Of a stretch of DNA of 64,000 nucleotides, positions 30,543-37,173 are shown one piece after another (within the stretch, counting starts at the first letter, position 1; each line of letters starts with the position of its first letter). The notes beneath the pieces were generated by a model that saw only the letters and a program-made list of their open reading frames with translations, ran no database searches and was not told where the DNA came from. The stretch spans positions 3,488,001 through 3,552,000 of the forward strand of contig OZ255842.1 of assembly GCA_965277805.1 (NCBI GenBank). Direction: 5' to 3'. The stretch is from Candidatus Lustribacter sp. GTDB taxonomy: Bacteria > Vulcanimicrobiota > Vulcanimicrobiia > Vulcanimicrobiales > Vulcanimicrobiaceae. A program made the translations under genes and the position numbers.

Positions 30543-31522
30543 CGTGGTGGCTGATCGGTGCGTTTGGGCTTGCGCCCGGCCGCCCGGACGTTGGCAAGCG
30601 AAGAAAGGGCCTCGAACCAGAACGGGCCGCCAAGCCATACGGCTAGCCACGTCAAGGCGAGTCCGGGCCAGCGCAGGGAACCACTGCTCCAAGCCCAGTT
30701 ATTCCAAAAATCCGGACGTGGGCTCGCGAATTGCGTCATGTCGAAAGGCGAGGCTCCGAGGTTGACGCTCAATCCGGCTGATGTGGCCAACTTGGCCAAC
30801 GAGTCCGGATCCGTTGCGGAGAGCACTTTGACGACCGCGATGCTATCCACGCCGGAAACAGACACGAGCAGCAGAGCGATGAAGAACAGAATGGTTTTCG
30901 TCCGACGTTTATACCACCCCGACACGCGGTCCATTTGGGCGCTGAACCAGGAATCCGTCGTGCGCAGAAGCTTTTCGTAATCGTCCCCGCCGGCTGTTAT
31001 GAGTGCAAGCAAACTCTTTTGTACTGGGCTCGGATGCATGTCGGCGACCGTACTCTTCAACGCGGTTATCGCCGCAGTCGGATTAGCGATTGCAACGAGC
31101 TGCGCGAGCTCACTCGATTGCTGTGCTGCTGCGTCGGGGGTATTCGGGCCGCTGGGCGCCTTGGCCGCAGTATAGACCACTTGCCAGAATGCAAGTGAAA
31201 AGTTCCGCGCGTCCAAGTATGACGGCGGACCGCTGCCGACAACGTTCAGGAAGCGCCGGAAGCCGTTGACGTCGGGAGTTTCAGCGACTTTTAGCTGTGG
31301 CTTCGGCGAGGTATTGAGAACGAGTGGGTGATTAAAGATTTTGGCCGCGATATCGTCGCCGCCGGCAAGCGCGGAGACGCCGCGAAACAAATCCCATCCG
31401 CGCAACGCCAATCGGGACGCGATCCATTCGTGAATCCACGAAGAAACGCAAGCCAACGACGCATATATTGCGAATAACACGATCGCAATGTCGAGTACCT
31501 GGTTCAAAGATAGCGCGCCCAC
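30539..31522 (-). CDS. hypothetical multi-pass membrane protein
   Basis: LDIAIVLFAIY N-terminal TM, WF...MDRVSGWYKR, GGPFWFEAL. Confidence 0.75.
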   Translation of the reverse strand: MGALSLNQVLDIAIVLFAIYASLACVSSWIHEWIASRLALRGWDLFRGVSALAGGDDIAAKIFNHPLVLNTSPKPQLKVAETPDVNGFRRFLNVVGSGPPSYLDARNFSLAFWQVVYTAAKAPSGPNTPDAAAQQSSELAQLVAIANPTAAITALKSTVADMHPSPVQKSLLALITAGGDDYEKLLRTTDSWFSAQMDRVSGWYKRRTKTILFFIALLLVSVSGVDSIAVVKVLSATDPDSLAKLATSAGLSVNLGASPFDMTQFASPRPDFWNNWAWSSGSLRWPGLALTWLAVWLGGPFWFEALSSLANVRAAGRKPKRTDQPPR

Positions 31523-31747
31523 CGCACACCCCCAGCCAGGGTTGATCTGAGCTACCGCGGCCCCTTATCTGACGCCATTTGCTTTCCTGCAAAGCTGGGG
31601 CAACCAAGCGTTGCTTCAGGAGATCCGGTCCCGACGGTATCGTAACCCCAACGCTGACCGCGCTAGGCTTAGGGTCCGAAGAGGGCGGAACCCCGTCACG
31701 GTGGTACCTACCGGATGACGTTTCTCATTCCGTCCCGGAGGAAATCC

Positions 31748-32392
31748 ATGCGCATTGCATCTCCGTCGGCTCTTGGTACGCTTTCCGAGAACAACACGGT
31801 GACTCTCGACAATACGTGCGTGAGCCTGTCCGGCGACGATGCCCGCGTTTGGGCGTTGTGCGACGGCCAGCGCTCGCTAGAGGAGCTTCGCCTAGCCCTC
31901 GCCCTCGACGCGGAGGCGATCTTTGCTGCGCTCGACCGCCTTGCAGACCTCGGCCTGGTTAACCGCCGCGTGACGCCCCCCGCCGGCTCCTCCTCGATGT
32001 CGCGGGCTACAGCGATCGCGGCGGCTGCGGTGCTGGTGACGTCCGGTGCCGTATCGCGTCTGGCCCCGCATGACGAGATCGCCGGCCGCGGACAAGAGCA
32101 GGGGCACAAGAAGGCACCACTGCGACCCGAGATCGCCGACCGCGGACAAGAGCAGCACCACAAGAACGCACCACTGCGACCCGAGATCGCCGACCGCGGA
32201 CAAGAGCAGCACCACAAGAACGCACCACTGCGACCCGAGATCGCCGACCGCGGACAAGAGCAGCACCACAAGAACGCACCACTGCGACCCGAGATCGCCG
32301 ACCGCGGACAAGAGCAGCACCACAAGAACGCACCACTGCGACCCGAGATCGCCGACCGCGGACAAGAGCAGCACCACAAGAACCGCGCCTAG
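31748..32392 (+). CDS. candidate RiPP precursor: PqqD/RRE-like domain, hydrophobic linker and six tandem 18-aa cores
   Basis: GGAGG RBS at 31737; ARVWALCDGQRSLEEL...ALDRLADLGLV wHTH; repeats EIADRGQEQHHKNAPLRP. Confidence 0.75.
   Translation: MRIASPSALGTLSENNTVTLDNTCVSLSGDDARVWALCDGQRSLEELRLALALDAEAIFAALDRLADLGLVNRRVTPPAGSSSMSRATAIAAAAVLVTSGAVSRLAPHDEIAGRGQEQGHKKAPLRPEIADRGQEQHHKNAPLRPEIADRGQEQHHKNAPLRPEIADRGQEQHHKNAPLRPEIADRGQEQHHKNAPLRPEIADRGQEQHHKNRA
32075..32383 (+). repeat. 54-bp tandem repeat, about 5.7 copies (starts 32075, 32129, 32183, 32237, 32291, 32345)
   Basis: Unit gagatcgccgaccgcggacaagagcagcaccacaagaacgcaccactgcgaccc; copies 2-5 identical, first variant, last truncated. Confidence 0.97.
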
Positions 32393-32405
32393 CGCCGCCT
32401 CTGCC

Positions 32406-33869
32406 CTGGACGTTCTCTCGGATAAGCCGCGCGTCTATCGTGCGGCGAAGTTTTGTTCGCCGCACGAATGTGCGCGGCTCATCGCCGTGGCGGCCAAGTA
32501 TGTGCGCGAAGCCCCCGATCGGCGCGAGGATGAGACCGGCGAGTCGTGCGAGTTGCCGCTCGATGTCGATCCGCTCGTCGCAGAGATCTTCGCGCGTGTC
32601 GAGCGCGTGCTCGGCATCGCGAATGCGTGCGGCGGCACGCTGCGCTACCGCCGCTACGAGCCGGGTACGTCGCACCCCGCTCACCTGGATGCGTACGAGA
32701 TCAACGGCGCGCATCTCCTCGTTACGGCGATGCTGAACCTGACCGACACCGAGGACGGCGGCGAAACGGTCTTCCCCGACGCGGTCAAAGGCGCCCTTGC
32801 GCTCCCCGCGCGCGCCGGCGAGCTCCTACTGTGGTTCACTCACCGTCCCGACGGTTCGCTTGACCCGACCTCGAAGCACGCCGCCCTCGCGGTGCGCCGC
32901 GGAGAGAAGCTGACGCTGACGCAGTTTGTGTACGGGCCGCTCGCTGCAGCCGCGCTCGCCTACGATCCCCACCGCCAGCGCTTCGTCCTGCCGCCTTCCG
33001 CCTCCGGATGGTTCTGCTGCATTGACGACGGTTGTCCCGAAGCGTCAATTGAAACGCTGCGAGCCGCGTGCGCTGCGCGCGACGTCCCCTTCAAGGTCAT
33101 CGAAGCGTCGCAGTTCGATTGGGATCCCGCCCGGCGTCTCGCGCCCGGCGATATGCTCTTCCGCCCGGCCATCTCGATTGCCGCGGAGCGCGTGGAACGC
33201 TTCCTCCACGCCCCCGGCGTCTCCACATTCTACGACGATGGGCCCGACACGGTTTTCTTCACCCCGAACACGACGCCGCTCTTACTCGAGCGCGCTGGTC
33301 TGCCCGTCCCACGCACCGTGTACTGCTCGTCTGGCGACCGCGCACTGTTGCGCGCGTACGTCTCGCATCTCGGCGGCTTCCCAGTGGTCGTGAAATTCGA
33401 AGGCGGTTCGGGCGGCGTCGGCGTTCTGCGTGCTGACTCAGAGCCGGCGCTCTTCTCGCTGATCGACTTCGCGCTCGCGCTCGGCCGCCATCCGTTGCTC
33501 GCGGCGTACATACCGGACGCGGAACACTGGCGCGTCGTCGTCGTCGGCGACCGGCCGATCGCCGCATATCGCAACCCGCCAGACCCCGGCGACTTTCGGA
33601 CGTCAGGCACACAGCGTGCCGATGAGGTAACCGCAACGCCGCGTGAGCCGCTGGCGACGCTCGGGGTACGAGCCGTCCGCGCCGTGCGCAGCGCATTCGG
33701 CGGCGTCGACATTCTCCTGCACCCGAGCGGTCGCGCCTACGTGCTCGAGGTGAACGTTCCGTGTTACTTTCCGCACGCGCAGCTCGTTGGGGGCGTGGAC
33801 GTCGCTGGAGCGATGGTGGCGTACCTCGTCGAGCGCGCGAGCCAGTTGCGGATTATGTCACCACCGTAG
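32406..33869 (+). CDS. 2OG-Fe(II) oxygenase (prolyl 4-hydroxylase-like) fused to a RimK-type ATP-grasp ligase; start uncertain
   Basis: LSDKPRVY...HLD...GGETVFP...HAALAV..GEK; then LPVPRT, PVVVK..GGSGGVGV, FGGVDIL, LEVN. Confidence 0.85.
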   Translation: MDVLSDKPRVYRAAKFCSPHECARLIAVAAKYVREAPDRREDETGESCELPLDVDPLVAEIFARVERVLGIANACGGTLRYRRYEPGTSHPAHLDAYEINGAHLLVTAMLNLTDTEDGGETVFPDAVKGALALPARAGELLLWFTHRPDGSLDPTSKHAALAVRRGEKLTLTQFVYGPLAAAALAYDPHRQRFVLPPSASGWFCCIDDGCPEASIETLRAACAARDVPFKVIEASQFDWDPARRLAPGDMLFRPAISIAAERVERFLHAPGVSTFYDDGPDTVFFTPNTTPLLLERAGLPVPRTVYCSSGDRALLRAYVSHLGGFPVVVKFEGGSGGVGVLRADSEPALFSLIDFALALGRHPLLAAYIPDAEHWRVVVVGDRPIAAYRNPPDPGDFRTSGTQRADEVTATPREPLATLGVRAVRAVRSAFGGVDILLHPSGRAYVLEVNVPCYFPHAQLVGGVDVAGAMVAYLVERASQLRIMSPP

Positions 33870-33900
33870 TGATGTTATCGTATCAAATTGTGAGACGGTC

Positions 33901-34002
33901 TTACCATTCCACTTCGAGCGGCTTCGAATAAGCGTGATGCGCTTGAATCTTTTCGGAACCGCCGTGTTCGCACCAGGTCATAAAGAACTTTATATCGACC
34001 AT
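33901..34002 (-). pseudogene. 33-codon degenerate copy of the C-terminal part of the adjacent HNH-like gene
   Basis: MVDIKFFMTWCEHGGSEKIQAHHAYSKPLEVEW* versus CAVCGAEKVQAHHDDYTKPLEVTWLC. Confidence 0.7.
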
Positions 34003-34048
34003 GCGATCTCAATCGCTATTCTCCGGGCCAATTTTCGTCAAGGCACCG

Positions 34049-34582
34049 TTACGAGGATGATTCGCAGCGAAACCTGTCTGCCAAAGGCAGTTCTTCGCTG
34101 GCTGTACGGTGGGCTAGGCCATGATGAATGGAGCATAACCATGTAACTTCGAGCGGTTTAGTATAGTCGTCGTGGTGCGCTTGGACCTTTTCGGCGCCAC
34201 AAACTGCACAAGGTGAACGCTGAATATGACCGCCCTTGAGCCCATACATGACCGCGAAATGCGCGGCAGCTTTTAGGGGATTACGCGCTCGCCAATCATC
34301 AATGCTCTTTCGCACGTGCTGAGCATTTCGCGAATACCAAGTTCGTCGATATGCCGCAACGTGATCCAAATTTTCTTGTCGCCATGCTTCAGTCTTCGCT
34401 CGTAAGCGATCGCTGTTCTTTGCATAGAATTCGTAGTAAGATTGTTTCGAGCAAACGATACAATGGCTCCGTCGACCGTCACTCGAAGACGGATTTGTAT
34501 AGAACTGCTCAGGCTGCTTAAGTTCGCCGCAACGATTGCACGTTTTGGCTGCACCCGGACTGAGTCGTCGCGGCGCTCCCAT
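34049..34582 (-). CDS. phage-type zinc-finger/HNH-like protein
   Basis: CNRC, CIVC and CAVC pairs, AHHDDYTKPLEVTWLCSIHH; visibly lower GC. Confidence 0.7.
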   Translation of the reverse strand: MGAPRRLSPGAAKTCNRCGELKQPEQFYTNPSSSDGRRSHCIVCSKQSYYEFYAKNSDRLRAKTEAWRQENLDHVAAYRRTWYSRNAQHVRKSIDDWRARNPLKAAAHFAVMYGLKGGHIQRSPCAVCGAEKVQAHHDDYTKPLEVTWLCSIHHGLAHRTASEELPLADRFRCESSS

Positions 34583-34627
34583 CTTTACCTAGCGTAAGCG
34601 ATGGCAGTGCCAACAGTATGGCACATA

Positions 34628-34657
34628 CAAAAGGCCTCGTATAAGCGAGGCCTTTTG
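34628..34657. terminator. intrinsic terminator hairpin downstream of ssb
   Basis: CAAAAGGCCTCG-tataag-CGAGGCCTTTTG perfect 12-bp stem with A/T tails. Confidence 0.85.
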
Positions 34658-34698
34658 CTCTTAGTTGTTTATCAAGTTTGTACTTGACTGCTAGAACG

Positions 34699-35151
34699 CT
34701 AGAACGGAATCTCGTCTTCAAGTGCGGCGTCTTCGTCGAAGCCGGCGGACGCCGATGCACCGGTACGCGCGGGTGCGGCTGAGCGTTCGTACGGTTCGCT
34801 GACGTCGCCGTTCATGCTGCGGCCTCCGCCGCCGGCACGATCGAGCATCTGCATCGTGTTGCACACGACTTCCGTTGCTTTGCGCTTTTCGCCGTCTTTC
34901 GTTTCATAAGAACGAATCGACAGACGGCCCTCGACCAGGCACGACATGCCCTTCTTCAGATACGTGTTGCACGTTTCTGCGAGCTTGTCCCAAGCGACGA
35001 TGTCGATGAAATCCGTCTCTTCTTGCTGCTTCGAGCGGCGATTGACCGCGAGCGTGAATTTGGTGACAGCTGCGCCGGAGCCGACGTAGCGGATCTCCGG
35101 GTCGCGGGTCAGATTTCCGACCAAGATAATTTTGTTATAGGATCCAGCGAT
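34699..35151 (-). CDS. ssb: single-stranded DNA-binding protein (apparent ATC start)
   Basis: SYNKIILVGNLTRDPE, VEGRL, acidic tail EDEIPF. Confidence 0.95.
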   Translation of the reverse strand: MAGSYNKIILVGNLTRDPEIRYVGSGAAVTKFTLAVNRRSKQQEETDFIDIVAWDKLAETCNTYLKKGMSCLVEGRLSIRSYETKDGEKRKATEVVCNTMQMLDRAGGGGRSMNGDVSEPYERSAAPARTGASASAGFDEDAALEDEIPF

Positions 35152-35256
35152 GACACGTTACCTCACTTAGATGCGCTGCCTACCGGTCAGCGCGCAAACT
35201 CACTATGCGGGACCACAGTGCCACCTGCCTGGCACTGTTGTCCACTGATTTCTACA

Positions 35257-35553
35257 CTACTTTTCCAATTTAATGAACAGGGCGCGCATCACGTCTTCGT
35301 TGAGACGCATCTGGCGTTCGAGCTCTTTCGAAGCGACGGCTTCGCTCTTGAACTTCATCACGACGTAGTAGCCTTCGCGAACATCGTCGATCTCATAGGC
35401 CAGGCGGCGCTTGCCCAGCTTCTCGATCTCGCCGACAACTTCACCGCCCTGGCCCTTGATGGACTCGGCGATGGCCTCGACGCGGGCGTCCATGTCGGTC
35501 TCTTCGAGCGCGGGACGCAGAATATAGGTGACTTCGTAGTCGATTGCGGGCAC
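35257..35553 (-). CDS. rpsF: 30S ribosomal protein S6
   Basis: YEVTYILRP, GKRRLAYEI, EGYY, L..DVMR. Confidence 0.97.
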   Translation of the reverse strand: MPAIDYEVTYILRPALEETDMDARVEAIAESIKGQGGEVVGEIEKLGKRRLAYEIDDVREGYYVVMKFKSEAVASKELERQMRLNEDVMRALFIKLEK

Positions 35554-35646
35554 GGGGGTTTCCCTCTGCGGACACCAGCGGAGCCGGTGGGTCGGACGGG
35601 CCGACCAGCGGGTAGCGGACGGGCAGTGCCCGGCCAGAACCCCGGA

Positions 35647-35655
35647 AGTATATCA
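35647..35655 (-). promoter_or_regulatory. extended -10 promoter (TGaTATACT) for rpsF-ssb
   Basis: Motif about 95 nt upstream of the rpsF start. Confidence 0.55.
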
Positions 35656-35712
35656 CGCCGAGGCGACCAACGCCAAGGGCGGAGAGGTCCGTGCCGCCAA
35701 GCCGCCCCTTCG

Positions 35713-36519
35713 ATGAAGATCCTCGCCTCCGCCCTCGCCGCCACGATCGCCGCCGCCGCGCTCGTGATGACGGCCCCGCCGGCGCCGGCCCGCGCCAACG
35801 TCTTCTGCCCGGTCACGATCGCCGCCGTCACCGACCTCGCCATCCTCGGCCGCCAAGACACCTACGGCGTGTTGCTCGACTTCGACCCCGGAGATACTGC
35901 GAGCGTCCGCATGCGTGTCGACTCTGCGACCACGCACTACGCGGTCGACTTCAATGATATCGGCCCGATCGGGAACGCCGCTTCGAGCGGCCGGCGCTAT
36001 TTCGTGATGCCGCCGGGCGAACGGCTCGTAACCGCGTGGATCGAGAGCACCGGGCTCAGCCCTAATTCGCGCATGGAGTGCCCGATCACGCGGCCGTATG
36101 CCGCCGATGCACCCCGGCCGGTGAATCCGCGCACGATCGCCGCTCTCGACGCCGCGCGTCAGGCATTGCGCGACAACTTCTCCACGAGAACGCCGACCGT
36201 GCAGCCGACGAGTTTCGGTGCGGCAACCGTTGCATCGTGCAGTCAGCCCTACGCTCCGCCGCGCGCGATTTTGCCCGTGCAGCCGGACGACATTCCCGCC
36301 GCGCGCGCCGTCCACGCGACCGGGACGACGGTCGTGCGCGTCGATCTCGATGAGACGAGCACCGTCGTGGGTGCCGGGATCGTCCGTTCGAGCGGCTACG
36401 CGCCATTGGATCGCGCCGCGCTGGCTGCAGCGCAGAAGTCGTCGTACCGCACCGAATCGTTTGCGTGCCGCCCGGTGGCCAGCACGTATCAGTTCACGGT
36501 GACGTTCGGCGGGAGTTAA
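35713..36519 (+). CDS. secreted protein with a TonB C-terminal domain
   Basis: Signal peptide MKILASALAA; GTTVVRVDLD...RSSGYAPLDRAALAAA. Confidence 0.8.
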   Translation: MKILASALAATIAAAALVMTAPPAPARANVFCPVTIAAVTDLAILGRQDTYGVLLDFDPGDTASVRMRVDSATTHYAVDFNDIGPIGNAASSGRRYFVMPPGERLVTAWIESTGLSPNSRMECPITRPYAADAPRPVNPRTIAALDAARQALRDNFSTRTPTVQPTSFGAATVASCSQPYAPPRAILPVQPDDIPAARAVHATGTTVVRVDLDETSTVVGAGIVRSSGYAPLDRAALAAAQKSSYRTESFACRPVASTYQFTVTFGGS

Positions 36520-37121
36520 TTGGCGCCAAAGTCAAAGCGGCAGCGTAAACGGGCCCCGAACGCGTCTCGCGTCGACGGCCCGCTAACAGAACGCGAGCGC
36601 GAAGAGCTGCGCGCATACTTGGCATCACGGCCTGCATCGGATGACTGCATGAGCATCACCATGCTTCACGGTTTTCTCTGCGCGATTCTCTCGGGCCCGA
36701 TGATAATGCCCAACGAGTGGCTACCCGAGATATGGGGTGAGGAAGGACCTCGCTTCGATAGCGAGGTCCAAATGGGGCGTATCGTCGGCCTACTGATGCG
36801 CTTCTACAATGGCGTTGCCGATGAACTGGCCCGCAACCCGTTGCGTTTCAAACCCTTGCTCGATGTCTCGCTACCGAACGACGCTGAGGCCTGGTGCGCC
36901 GGCTACGTCCATGGCATGGCGGCTCGGGAAGATGCGTGGAGCCCCTCATGAAGGACCCCGGGACGGTCATGTTTTTTTCCCCGATCGTGTCGCTCGGTAT
37001 GCGCGGAGCAAACCCGGAGAACGACGAGATGCTGGCAGACACCGAGGCCTACGAGACCAGCGTCTCTTCGATAGGCAAGTGCGCCGGCGTCATTTACATG
37101 CTTTGGCGCGACCGAACGTGA
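36520..37121 (+). pseudogene. UPF0149/YecA family protein split by a one-base frameshift near 36939
   Basis: LHGFLCAILSGP..IMPNEWLPEIWG, WCAGYVHG; DAW|EPLMKD continues in the next frame. Confidence 0.75.
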
Positions 37122-37145
37122 GTTCAATTGCCATGATCGTGGCGG

Positions 37146-37168
37146 TCCCTCGACAAGCTCGGGATGAC
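37146..37168. repeat. REP-like palindromic element between convergent genes
   Basis: TCCCTCGACAAGCTCGGGATGAC imperfect hairpin; only one copy seen in this window. Confidence 0.45.
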
Positions 37169-37173
37169 AGCGG

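Noticed and set aside
31708-32379. Minus-strand Cys-rich repeat ORFs (WCCSCPRSAISGRSGAFL and others)
   Set aside because: Shadow frames of the stop-free repeat; the plus-strand ORF has the RBS, a recognisable domain and co-orientation with the enzyme.
32075-32383. CRISPR array
   Set aside because: Repeats are contiguous with no unique spacers, are a multiple of 3 within an ORF, and no cas genes are present.
34049-34582. Prophage or integrative element
   Set aside because: Only one phage-like gene; no integrase, structural genes or att repeats seen.
32406-35553. ATP-grasp as ordinary RimK modifying nearby S6
   Set aside because: S6 here ends IKLEK rather than an acidic Glu-Glu tail, and the ligase is fused to a 2OG domain and abuts a repeat peptide. 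Not fully excluded.
35023-35712. N-terminal extension of the TonB-domain ORF
   Set aside because: Overlaps ssb and rpsF on the opposite strand; the signal peptide begins at 35713.
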